A DNA stretch of 63,768 bases, filler included, from Saprolegnia diclina VS20 (Eukaryota), in the NCBI RefSeq assembly GCF_000281045.1. It is 3 parts of 2 records of this genome, joined end to end, with 100 filler letters (N's around TTAATTAATTAA, not from the genome) between each part and the next. Parts side by side here need not be neighbours in the genome. Positions count along the whole stretch, not along the records: positions 32,096 to 56,487 come from NW_008246125.1; 2 more parts are not named here. The stretch is one strand, 5' to 3'. Of the stretch, positions 35,491 to 46,356 are shown piece by piece. Position 1 is the first letter of the stretch, and every line of letters begins with the position of its first letter. The position numbers were made by a program, and so were the translations under genes. The notes beneath the pieces were generated by a model, which saw only the letters and a list, made by a program, of their open reading frames with translations, was not told the DNA's origin and made no database searches.

Positions 35491-36383
35491 TTACTTTTCG
35501 AGGTCGGGCGTCAACAAGAGCGCGGTTGCTTCCGTCGCGGCGGGCGGAGCGACGGCTTCGGGGGCGGTCGTCGGCGACTCGTACTCGCGCTCGAGCTGCT
35601 CGAGCGGAATGAACGTAAACTTCTTCGTGAGCACCGGAAGAGCTTCTTCAAGGACCGCGACGGACCACGGGCGGTCGTGCACAATGAGGACACTGCCGTT
35701 GCGCGTCAGCGCCTTGATGTGCCATGCGTTGATCTTGGAAATGCGCACTTGGGCGTCGTGGGGGTAGACGCTGCCCATCGCAAAGCGGTACCCGTACTTT
35801 TCAGCGACTTGCACCATGTCCTTGTTGAACCAGCCCGAGCCGGGGCGAGCCCAGCGAACGCGCCTGCACAAGACACATGAGCCCATGTACGAAGCAGAGG
35901 CGGTACGTACGGCTGGTACTTGAGCAGCGTCTCGTGGCAGTGGAGCAGCTTGCGCTCAAAGACGCTGATTTCATCGCGGATGCTGGGCTCATCCGCGACA
36001 AAGTGGTTGCCAATCACGTGGCCTTCATCGACAATGCGCTGGAGGATGTGTTCGCGGCCCGCCACGTTGGACTGGATGATGAAGAACGTGGCCTTGACGT
36101 TGTTCTTCTTGAGCGCGTCGAGGATCAGCGGCGTGTTGTTGCTCGGCGCATCGTCGATCGTGAGCGAGACGACGGCGGCGTCGGTCTCGGCAAACCAGAT
36201 CGCAGCCGGGTACCGGTTCCGGAGCCGGCGCATGAGGAACTTGGGCTGCGTGTAGACCGCCGCCAGCGCCAGCGCCGCAAAGGTGAAGACGCCGATCTCG
36301 GCCCAATGCAGCCACGTGAGCGTCCCAAGGAGCCCCGGCGGCAGCGTCACCGTCGGAATCATCGTTGTCGTGTTGCCTGCCAT
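35491..36383 (-). CDS. CE4/NodB polysaccharide (chitin-type) deacetylase with N-terminal membrane anchor
   Basis: SLTIDDAP, KATFFI, GHVIGNH, RPGSG, GSVYPHD, GSVLIVHD. Intron 35864-35910; hydrophobic segment IGVFTFAALALAAVY. Confidence 0.88.
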
Positions 36384-37113
36384 CTCAGCTGCCGACTTTG
36401 AAATGGCTCTGGACCCACCCCAACGTATATACAGCCGATACAAAACCCAAGAGAACGGCAACGTCAATGAATTGAAATTTTCGACCCGATACAAGCGCCA
36501 AGAGGCCGGCGCCGAATTTAATTCGAATGATATCCATCTAAGCCGCACAAATGCATATTTGATTCGGACGTTGAACACCTTGCGCTTTGTATGCAGCGTT
36601 GATAAGACGCAGTTGCCGGGTTGTGGCGGCGTCACGCATGTCGAACGCTCATGGCGACGCGACGCATGGGCAGCGCTGGAGCATGGCGAAGACGATCGAA
36701 CGAGATGCGAGGACATGAGATCATGGCGTCGGCGAATACGCATGTTCCATGCATGGTTGGAAGGATGCGAGGATGGAAGCTTGGCATGCGAATCTCTTGC
36801 ACCTCAAGGAAGTCTCGAATGGAAGGAACGTGGCAGCTGCTGCTGGTAGCAAGAGGCCTCCCGGCTCACGGGGCAGCGATGGGCCGAGCCGTGGGCGGTT
36901 GTGCATGACAACCGAGGGCTTCCTTGGATGTCCCGCGGAATGCACAGTGGGCACGGCAGGAAAGATAGTTTAGCAAGCAGTTGCCAATCCACACTTGGTG
37001 CTCGAGAAGTGTTTTCTGAGAATCGGAATAGTCCAAGCGGTGATGGAGCGCATGGCCTCGGAAGGAAGGAGGAATGTGGAGTAATACGCATCAAGAAGGG
37101 ATAGTTCACGAGT

Positions 37114-37651
37114 TTAGAGGAACTTGGAGACGCCGTCCTGGATCGAGCTGAACGAGAGCTCCGAGGCGTCCGTGGCGCTCAAGTAAATACCGACGCCGAC
37201 AAGACCACGCTTGATGGCTTCCTTGGAGCTGGCGTACAACATCTTGCTCTTGACGCGGGCCGTATCGGGCGACCACGAGATGAACACGAGCTTCGACGTC
37301 GGGCGACCGTCCTTGGTCGTGAAGTCGAGGTCGATCAGGCCGTACCGGCACTCGTTCGTCGTCGCGTTGAGCTTGGCGGCAAAGTCATCGTACGTCTCCG
37401 AGCGGTCGCCACGGTGCTCAATGACGATCTCCGAGTCGCCCTCGATCTTGTAGATGAAGTAGCGGAAGTTGAACGGCGCCTTCTGGAGCTTGAAGTCGTT
37501 GAATTCCGTCACGACGTCGTCATGGACACCCACACCCGAGCTCTACGCAGATGCACACATAAGCCATCTCGTTCTGCCACGGGGCTCGTCATGCTGCCAT
37601 GCGCTTCACGGAAGCGCATCGAGAGCACGATGATGTGGATCCTCGTACCAT
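37114..37651 (-). CDS. Actin-depolymerising factor/cofilin
   Basis: Exon 1 is the ATG only (37649-37651), intron 37543-37648, then SSGVGV...ECRYG...KLVFISWSPDTARVKSKMLYASSK. Confidence 0.93.
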
Positions 37652-39421
37652 AGTTTCTTTGAATTGACTGGCACGAAGGCAAAAATCGAAGTGACCGTAG
37701 TGTGAGGTCTTTTTGGGGGCAGAAAAAAACAGGGGCCATCGACGACGAAAATCCGCCGTAGGTTCCCCGCGCTATGCGGATTTGGCCCGCTTGGGAGAGG
37801 CCGACCAAATTGCGGCATTTGATTGGCCAACGCTTTCTTTTTAAAAATACGCACGAGCGACATTCCTGCGCGGTATTAAATTGCGCCAACACTCCCGGCT
37901 AAATGGACCCAACTGCCATCGGATCTTGATGGGCCTCCTGCCATGTGCACACCAACGGCAACGATTGGAACGCCGCATGGGCGCTTTGATCCAGCGCACG
38001 TCGCGAAGAACACGGACGTGCGGTCGATTGATCTGGCTTGTTGGACTGTGCCCCGAAAGGAACAAGTGGACGTCAGTCAAGCTGTAGCAATGAGATGCAG
38101 ACGATGGACTTTGCCATTGCCTTTGAAGTACACTGTACTAGTATGTGGATGCGTCAAGCCCAGGAGTGGGAATGAGTGCGTGTCTGCTGCATTGGTGTCG
38201 GTTCCAGTCCTCCGTGGCAACATCCGCGGCCGTGCTTATGCAGCAGAGCGGCGTGTTTTTATCCTTTCGTCGTGGCAAGAATTTGACGACCACCTTGCGC
38301 GGCAATTTTAATTGCGGCAACTGACGCGCGTACTGTACGAAGGCGGCGACGACGACGTGTAATGGCGACGCGCGCGCCTCTACTGCGAGTACGCTATGCG
38401 AACGCGCGCGAGTTACCTTGGTGGCGGCGATGGCAGCCGCAGTAATTGCCTGTACGCGCAATGCATCGAGGCACCAATGCCCCGCGCAGCCAAGCAGTGG
38501 GCTAGATGCTGCGAAGTTGCCCTCGGAACCAACTTCAACTTGAACGTTTCAGGCGCCTTGGAGCTGTGGAGCTCCGTGCGTTGCGCGCCTTTAGAGTAGA
38601 GGACCGTATGTGACCAGCGCCAGCGCAGGCCATCGCAGACCGTGACGACCTCGTGAGTTCGAAACCATCGCAGCACCAAGATGGACGGCAAGCTGCGAAA
38701 AGCCGCCGCCCATCGCACGCAAGACCGTGCTCCTTCAGCGACGTGGGTACTCTATATGTTTGGCATCGGCTCATTCGACGATTGCTGCGGCAGGCACCCT
38801 CCTGGCCGCCTTTGCTCACTCGATGCGACCAGGCTTCATTCCGAAGTAACGCACATACATGTATAGCCATAGTCAGCAGAACATGTATGTCGCGCGCCCT
38901 CTTCTCCAAGCCTTCATCTCACGAAGCGCAGGAATAGCCAGCCGTAACGACGCGCAAAAGCCCCCTTGTGGGGATCGACGACCTAAAGGCGATGCTGGGG
39001 CTGACGGAGCGATCACGTCACGCACGCACGAATTGCCACGTCAGCAAGTCGACACTCCTTGGCCGCAACGGCGCGAGCGACCAACGTTGTTGAACGATGG
39101 ACCAAGCGCCAAGATCCAGCGGCAAATTCGCTTATCCAGTACATCTCGCAGAAAGATTGGGCGTTTCAAGCGTGTTCCTTCGCTGGACCCCTTCCCCTCC
39201 CCAGGTTCTCCCCACAACGGAAGTGACCTTCCACACTTGCTTTGCCAACATATGCATTTCAAAAGGTTATCTCTCATAGATAGTCATGTTCAAATTAAAC
39301 CTGGCTCATCCATTCTTCTTTTGTATGTTTTTATGGAGGGTATTGGATACGACAGACATTGTATCCGGACGTCCCGCCCATACTCAAGCGCAGTCATTTT
39401 GGCTTTGGACCTCAGATTCAC

Positions 39422-40810
39422 ATGGCCGACGAAGCGAAGACGCTCGACTTTGCGTGGCTCCCGGCGGGCACGGAAGCGCTCGCGGACGGCGAGTACGATG
39501 CCATTGTCCTCGGCACGGGCCTGAAGGAGTGCATCTTGAGCGGCCTCTTGGCGACCAAGGGCCAGAAGGTGCTGCACATTGACCGGAACGACTACTACGG
39601 CGGTGACTGCGCGTCCTTGAACTTGACCAACCTCTACGGCAAGTTCCGCAACGGCGCCGAGCCGCTGACGGGCCTTGGCTCGAACCGCGACTACAACATC
39701 GATTTGATCCCGAAGTTCATCATGGCCTGCGGCAAGCTTGTCAAGATGCTCTTGCACACCAAGGTCACGCGGTACCTCGACTTCAAGAACGTCGATGGCA
39801 GCTACGTGTACAAGGGCGGCAAGATCTACAAGGTGCCTGCCACGGGCGAAGAAGCGCTCAAGTCGTCGCTCATGGGCATCTTTGAGAAGCGCCGCTTCCG
39901 CAGCATGCTCATGTACATTTACAACTACGAGGAAGATGACCCGTCGACGTTCGATGGCCTCGACCTCAAGACGCAGCCGATGAGCGACCTCTACGCCAAG
40001 TTTGGTGTGGATGCCAACACGCAGAGCTTCACGGGCCACACCATGGCCTTGATGCGCGACGACGAGTACCTTCGTCAGCCCGCGATTGAAGCCGTGCGTG
40101 CTATCAAGATGTACGCGTACTCGCTTGAGCGCTACGGCAAGAGCCCGTACTTGTACCCTATTTACGGTCTTGGTGGTTTGCCCGAAGGCTTCTCGCGCCT
40201 CTGTGCCATCCACGGCGGTACCTTTATGCTCCACCGCAGCGTCGACGAAGTGCTGATCGAAGACGGCAAGGCGTGGGGCATCCGCTGCGGCAACGAAGTC
40301 GCCAAGGGCAAGATCATCATTGGCGACCCGTCGTACTTTCCCGCCGAGAAGACGCGCACGACGGGCCAAGTCGTGCGCTCGATCTTCATCTTGCGCCACC
40401 CGATCAACAACACGGCCAACTCGGAGTCGTGCCAGATCATCATCCCGGCCGCGCAGGCCAACCGCCACAGCGACATTTACGTGTGCGTCGTCTCGTTTGC
40501 GCATTGCGTCGCGGCCAAGGACACGTACATTGCGATTGTGAGCACGACGGTCGAGACGTCCAACCCGCTCGCGGAACTCGAACTTGGTATCTCGCTCCTC
40601 GGCGAGTACGTCGACCGCTTCGACTCGGTCTCGGACCAGCTCGAGCCGATTGGCGATGGCAAGGCCGACAACTGCTTTATCAGCGCGTCCTACGATGCGA
40701 CGAGCCACTTTGAGACGACGTCAGACGACGTCTTGAGCCTGTACAAGCGCATTACGGGCGAAGAACTCGACATGAACATCAACGCCGACTCGACGGACGC
40801 GGACCAGTAA
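39422..40810 (+). CDS. GDI1: Rab GDP-dissociation inhibitor
   Basis: YDAIVLGTGLKECILSGLL, KVLHIDRNDYYGG, RDYNIDLIPKF, SPYLYPIYGLGGLPEGFSRLCAIHGGTFML, YDATSHFETT. Intronless. Confidence 0.97.
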   Translation: MADEAKTLDFAWLPAGTEALADGEYDAIVLGTGLKECILSGLLATKGQKVLHIDRNDYYGGDCASLNLTNLYGKFRNGAEPLTGLGSNRDYNIDLIPKFIMACGKLVKMLLHTKVTRYLDFKNVDGSYVYKGGKIYKVPATGEEALKSSLMGIFEKRRFRSMLMYIYNYEEDDPSTFDGLDLKTQPMSDLYAKFGVDANTQSFTGHTMALMRDDEYLRQPAIEAVRAIKMYAYSLERYGKSPYLYPIYGLGGLPEGFSRLCAIHGGTFMLHRSVDEVLIEDGKAWGIRCGNEVAKGKIIIGDPSYFPAEKTRTTGQVVRSIFILRHPINNTANSESCQIIIPAAQANRHSDIYVCVVSFAHCVAAKDTYIAIVSTTVETSNPLAELELGISLLGEYVDRFDSVSDQLEPIGDGKADNCFISASYDATSHFETTSDDVLSLYKRITGEELDMNINADSTDADQ

Positions 40811-41331
40811 GCGCGCCACTGCATCTTTTAGGTGTATTTCTCTTTCTACTCTATCCCAATCAGTTCACATCCCGTCATGTCATTGTTGCGTCTTCCGTGC
40901 AAGCGACTAGTGCACCCTTGGACGCGTCCTGGGCCTAGTCGCTGTAGCTGTAGCGATCTTGATATCCTTAGAGTACACCCTTGTTGCGATGAAGATCCAT
41001 TTGGCATCTCGCCGCCTGCGCTGGGGCGTGCAGATACTCGGTTGAAGCACATTCACTAGGCGCATCATGCACTGTTCTTGCTTCCAGCCATCAAGATGAC
41101 CATGCTAGCAAGAAACATAGCATCATCATCATCGTCCCATGCTTCTCCGTTTCGGCCGTTGCAGGACAAGAAGCATGGAAGCAGCCCTCGTGGGCGGGTA
41201 ATCTTAGCGCCCAATCGGAATGGTCGGGCTTGTGATTCGCGCAAAAGGGATCTATTTGGCCAATCACGATCGCGTGTTGGCGGTGCGGTGACCTTGTATG
41301 TCAGTTTAGAATTTGCTTCGGACGGACACAG

Positions 41332-41892
41332 ATGGCCCAACGCTCGTCGACACGCTCGCACCAAGCACCCGGCGGCAGCTCGCAGATGGGGTCGCTCATC
41401 TTTGGCGGCGGCGGCGATGAGAGTAACTTTGACGAGGCCCAGCGCAACCGCCGGGGCATCCGCTCGCAGCAGCGCCCCGAAGCCGACCAGAGCCCGCTCA
41501 ACCAAGCGCCCGCGGGACAGGCCCCGGCGCGCCAGCAGCAGCACCAACACCACCACCATCAGCAGCAACAGTCGCAGTACCAGCAGCCGCCGCAACAACA
41601 GCAGCAGCAACAACAACAGTACCAGCAACCGCAGCAGCAACAACAACAGCAGTACCAGCAACAGCAGACGCAAAACTACCAGGAGCCACCGCAACAACAG
41701 TACCGCCAGCAGCAGCAACAGCAGTCGAGTGCGCCCTTTACTCAAGGTGGTGGTAACGAGTCGAGCGGTCGCGTCTCGTCGAACCGGTATGCGTCGGGCG
41801 TCTCGCAAAACACAGGCAACGTCATTACCGATCGCAGCACGACCCGTATCCACGCACCCCCTGGCGGCGCGTCGTCGTTCCGCTTAGGGTAG
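41332..41892 (+). CDS. SPIRAL1-like microtubule-associated protein with polyQ insert
   Basis: Terminal repeats STRSHQAPGGSSQM.SL.FG and SNRYASGVSQNTGNVITDRSTTRIHAPPGGASS match the plant SPR1 pattern (NY....GQNTGNF.TDR.STKV.A.PGG.SS). Confidence 0.8.
   Translation: MAQRSSTRSHQAPGGSSQMGSLIFGGGGDESNFDEAQRNRRGIRSQQRPEADQSPLNQAPAGQAPARQQQHQHHHHQQQQSQYQQPPQQQQQQQQQYQQPQQQQQQQYQQQQTQNYQEPPQQQYRQQQQQQSSAPFTQGGGNESSGRVSSNRYASGVSQNTGNVITDRSTTRIHAPPGGASSFRLG
41533..41722 (+). repeat. Coding (CAG/CAA)n Gln-rich repeat
   Basis: Imperfect CAG/CAA runs encoding QQQQ.QYQQP units. Confidence 0.85.
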
Positions 41893-42207
41893 TCTCGAGA
41901 GATCGCATCATGCGATGTAGCATAGGATAACCGGCATGGTTGCCGCAATCAACACGAATGAAGCCGGTGAAGTCTCCTTTCGCTCACCTCCGAGCTCGGC
42001 TGGCCTCGAGGTACAGGCCATGTCTCGCTCAGCGCGACCGGATTGGCCAAACAGGGTCCATGATTTTAGACCCCACGTTGTCCACCACGTGAAAAATATC
42101 GGGCCTTTCCGAAATCAATACAATCGTAGAGTTATAAATAGTTTCTCACCACTTGGTGAGAAATACAAATCGTTTTTCACGAGTGAGGGCAATACGAATC
42201 TGTCCGA

Positions 42208-43161
42208 ATGGTGTTGTGGCGACGAGGCCTCCATCGTGGCAGCCAGGTCGCGACGTTTGCGACCAAGCAGTACAAGTCCAACTACGAGAAGCAGATCGTC
42301 ATATATGCCAGCGAGGTCCCAGTCATCTGTGGCGTGAACCCGTTCCGGTGCATCTCGGACGTCTTCCTTTCCACTTGGAAGCGCACGGACAAGGCCCTTG
42401 TCCAGCGGCTCGAGTCGCAGCTTGCGCCTGAGATTCCCGCGACGATCGAAGAGCGTATTGAGCAGCTCGTGCAAGAAGAGCCTGTCGTGCAAGCGCTACT
42501 TGAAACACCTTCCGTGACGACCGAGGACGTCCAGCGCGTCAAGGTCCAAATGAAGAAAGAAGTCGAAGCCTTGCCGCAGTACACGCCCGATGAGAAGGTC
42601 GAGCTCACGCAAGCACTCACGTCCACGATCCAAACGCAGTTTGGCATTGCGCAGGAAGTACATGCACTCACGACGTACGAGACGACGACGTCCAAGGTCG
42701 TGGAGCAGCGCAACGCCAAGTTCTGGTCCAAGCGCCTCGGACGCGTCGAGTGCTTCGACGGCGGCTACCGCAATGTGCTTGTCGGTGGTCGCATTGATGG
42801 GCTCGCGGGCGAGAGCGTCATCGAGGTCAAGAATCGCATGACCAAGTTTATGACGCCGCTGCCCAAGTACGACGTGTACCAGCTGCAGACGTACCTGTAC
42901 CTTCTCGACTCGGACGAAGGCGAGATTGTCGAGCACCTCAAGAAGAAAGCCGACGCGAGCAAGTCGACCAAGATCTCGCGGGACCCGGCGCTTTGGGACG
43001 AGAACGTTCTGCCGTACATTGCTCGGTTTGCCCACTCGCTTGGGCGCTTTATGGACGCGCCGCAGGAGACGCACGCGTCCTTTCTCAAGCAGTCGGCCGA
43101 CGGGCGCAAGCAAATCATTCGATCGTTCTGGATAGACGCCCCAGGGACGCTCGCACAGTAG
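42208..43161 (+). CDS. YqaJ/lambda-exonuclease-like PD-(D/E)XK nuclease, possible mitochondrial presequence
   Basis: IYASEV..ICGVNPF, GRIDG, IEVKNR, QLQTYL. N-terminus MVLWRRGLHRGSQVATFATK. Intronless. Confidence 0.75.
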   Translation: MVLWRRGLHRGSQVATFATKQYKSNYEKQIVIYASEVPVICGVNPFRCISDVFLSTWKRTDKALVQRLESQLAPEIPATIEERIEQLVQEEPVVQALLETPSVTTEDVQRVKVQMKKEVEALPQYTPDEKVELTQALTSTIQTQFGIAQEVHALTTYETTTSKVVEQRNAKFWSKRLGRVECFDGGYRNVLVGGRIDGLAGESVIEVKNRMTKFMTPLPKYDVYQLQTYLYLLDSDEGEIVEHLKKKADASKSTKISRDPALWDENVLPYIARFAHSLGRFMDAPQETHASFLKQSADGRKQIIRSFWIDAPGTLAQ

Positions 43162-43739
43162 AGTTGGCATCATAATGGAAGCCAATCAACACGACGGGCT
43201 GCCGGCAACGTTGCTTGTGTCGGGGTAGAGAGCGCCAGCTTTTATTCGCAATTGACGTCGACAACGACCTCTCCAGATACGTTTCTTCGTACTCTACCGT
43301 GTGAGAAGCAACTCCGCCGAAATGGCAGTATACCTTCATCATCAAACCGCCGCCGACGAGATCCTCGGATGCGTTATCCGTGTACCTCGCTTCTTTGTTT
43401 TGCGATTTGAGGGAATCTCAGCACCATAGCAACCTAATGTGCCACGACTATTAGATGCTCCAATGCTGTGACCTTATCTCGCTCGACGGGTCTATCGTTG
43501 CTGCTCACGATGTCATCCTCATGGCCGAACTTGATGCGCGCGCGCTTGGGCAGCGGAATATCCGGATAAGTACGGTATGGTCGTGCTGTTGGATATTTTT
43601 CTGTCTTCTTTTAAAAATCAAACCTTTTGACATCCTATTTGTATGTGGAAATAAAAATATGGGACGCAAGGGAGAAATACTATGTTCGAATCCCGCCCGG
43701 GGACACCACCTTGCATTAGTTTTCACATCGCTTGGGAAA

Positions 43740-46303
43740 ATGCGACCGGACGAGCTGCCCGCGACCATGTACTTTGCCGCACTCGGCAACCAAGCCTCTG
43801 CCATGGCGATGGACGACCTGGTCATGGACGACGACCAAAGCGGCGAAGGTAACCAGGTCGAGCTCGGCGCCAGCGGCCTCCGCGCGACGCGCCAGGCCGA
43901 CGACATGGACGACTTCGTCAAGATGGACATTACGCTGCAGATGGAGCTGCTCCATAGCAAGACGGCCGAAGAGAAGGTACAGATCTACAAGGTCTACGTG
44001 AGCAAGCTCCTGCATGAGCTTGTCGCGACCGAGACGGCGTCCGAGGATCTCGAGTACGAACTCCAGCTCAAGAACGAACAGATCGCGCAGATGAGCCGAA
44101 GGATCGACGACCTCAACGTGCTCGAGACTGTCCAGGTAGATTTCATGCAAGGGGTGAACGGTGATGCTGATGCGCGCTGTAGACGATAACCGCCTTTGAC
44201 GAGAGCGTCGACATCGAGGCGTACCTGAGCTCGCCCGCGGACCTCCGCAGCCTTTTCAAGCAAAAGGACGCCGAGCTCACGTTCTTTCGCAGACGCATCA
44301 AGCGAGCCGATGACCAAAACGAAAAGCTGCAAGCTCGTCTGAGCGAGATGGACCAAGAGCTCTCTCGGGCGACGATCGTCAACCGACAGCTCAAGACGGA
44401 CCTCCAGAACGAAGTCAAGCGGCGGGAAGAGTCCATCAAGAAGACAAGCCTCCTCCGCGAGAAGCTCACCGACTTGCGCAAATCGTCGTCCCCGAAAAAG
44501 GCTGCCCCCGAGACCCTCGAGCTCCAGGAGAAGCTGGTCGCCGCCAACGAGATCATTGCGCAGCTGCGGGCGTTTGCCGACGCCGACCAAGCGACCAAGC
44601 TCGCATACCACAATGAAGTGAACGCGCTCACAAGTCGCGTCGCTGAACTCGAGGCGTCCCACACTACCATGCGAGATACCTTGGCGTCGAAAGACCACGA
44701 GCTTCAACAGCTCCATGACGAGGCCAAGATGCATGTCGATGCGGCCGAAAATCGCCTTCGCCAAAGCGAAGTTGTGCGCCGCACGCTGCACAACCAAGTA
44801 TGATTTACGTTTCCATGCTCCTTTCAGCACTCATGGAGAGCTGTAGGTCATGGAACTCAAGGGCAACATCCGCGTCTTCTGCCGCGTGCGACCGCCGTTG
44901 CCGTCGGAGCGGGCGCCGCGCCGCCCGCTGGACGAGGTTGGTGAAAACGAAAAAGAGTGTGGCAGGGCGATACTGTTATGCGTAGGTGTACAGCTTTCCT
45001 GACTATGACAAGGAGAAGAAGAAACTCGTGCTTGTCGCCGATGCGCGCACGCACACGAGCTACACGAGCCAGGAGACGCCAGGCGCGAAGAAGTGGCCGT
45101 TTGAGTTTGACCAAGTGTTTGACTGGACGGCGACGCAAGAAGATATGTTTGCCGAAGTCGCAGCGCTCGTGCAGTCGGCCGTCGACGGCTACAACGTGTC
45201 GATTTTTGCTTACGGCCAGACAGGGTACGCACTTTTCATGTAGTGATTGAATCTCAAAATTATCGTAGCTCGGGCAAGACGTACACGATGCAAGGCGACG
45301 AAGCCGCGCTTACAGACTTTAGCGCGAGCCATCTCGTCAACAACGCGAACCTCGGCATTGTCGGCCGCACGATGACGCACATCTTTGCGACATGCAAGAA
45401 CCAAGCGCAGCACGGCTGGGAGTACACAATCGGCTTTGAGATGTATGAAATCTACAACGAAAGCATCAAAGACCTCATGGCACCGCCGGGCCAGGTACAC
45501 GAGCTCTTTTTCTTGAAGGGATTGATGGCAATGATATTGTGTAGCCATCCAAGGAGGTCGGTGCACTCCTCGACGGTGACGGCAACGTGCACGTGACCAA
45601 CCTCCACGTTGTCAATGTCCAAGACGAGCGCCATGCGATGCAGCTCCTCAAGCAGGCGACGGCGCGCCGCAGTATGAAGAAGACTCAACGCAACGACGTT
45701 TCCTCGCGAAGCCATTGTATCACGACGCTGCGCCTCATGGGCACGCACACGCCGTCGGGCAGCGTTCGCACCGGCGCTGTGTACCTTATTGATCTTGCGG
45801 TAGGCTCTCGCTTGTGACCTGGATGATCGTCACATGGTTGCTGTAGGGCTCGGAGCGCTTGAAGAGCTCGGGCAGTGGGAACGACCCCGTGATGCTCAAG
45901 GAGACGCAGGTATTATCATCGACGTTCAGCATACGATACGACGGGTTTTTCTTGTAGAACATCAACAAGAGTCTCGCCGCGTTGGGCAACGTCATTTCTG
46001 CGATCGCCAGCAAGGTTTCCGCAATCACAAAGCGAATGAAAGGTGGCTCATGCATCACTGAGCGTAGAAGTCGCACGTGCCGTTCCGGGATACGAAGCTG
46101 ACCTATGTATTACAAAACACGCTGGGCAAGGACAGCAAGACGCTCATGATTTGCACGCTATCGCCGCTCGAAGAGCACCGCGAAGGTACTTTTGCCATCT
46201 CTGCTGTGCGCTCTATCAACAATGCAATTGTGTAGAGAGCTTGAATACCCTCCGGTTTGCAAAGAAAGTCAACGCGTGCGAACTCGCCGTCGCTGGCAAG
46301 TAA
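43740..46303 (+). CDS. Kinesin-14 (C-terminal motor, KIFC1/Kar3-like)
   Basis: Coiled coil, neck [70 protein letters not shown]. Introns 44136-44182, 44798-44846, 44937-44985, 45225-45268, 45495-45544, 45800-45846, 45910-45957, 46015-46067 and 46186-46235. Confidence 0.93.
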
Positions 46304-46356
46304 TAATGACAAGATAGTCGTATCTGTGGTATTTTGTATCCGCTTGTGTCAACCAA

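Noticed and set aside
37700..39400. Short ORFs in the cofilin-GDI divergent intergenic region
   Set aside because: They lack the local codon bias and any motif; treated as non-coding.
27496..46303. Apparent cytoskeleton/spindle cluster (CKAP2-like, Ran, cofilin, SPR1-like, kinesin-14)
   Set aside because: The genes are interspersed with unrelated ones and share no visible regulatory feature; consistent with chance.
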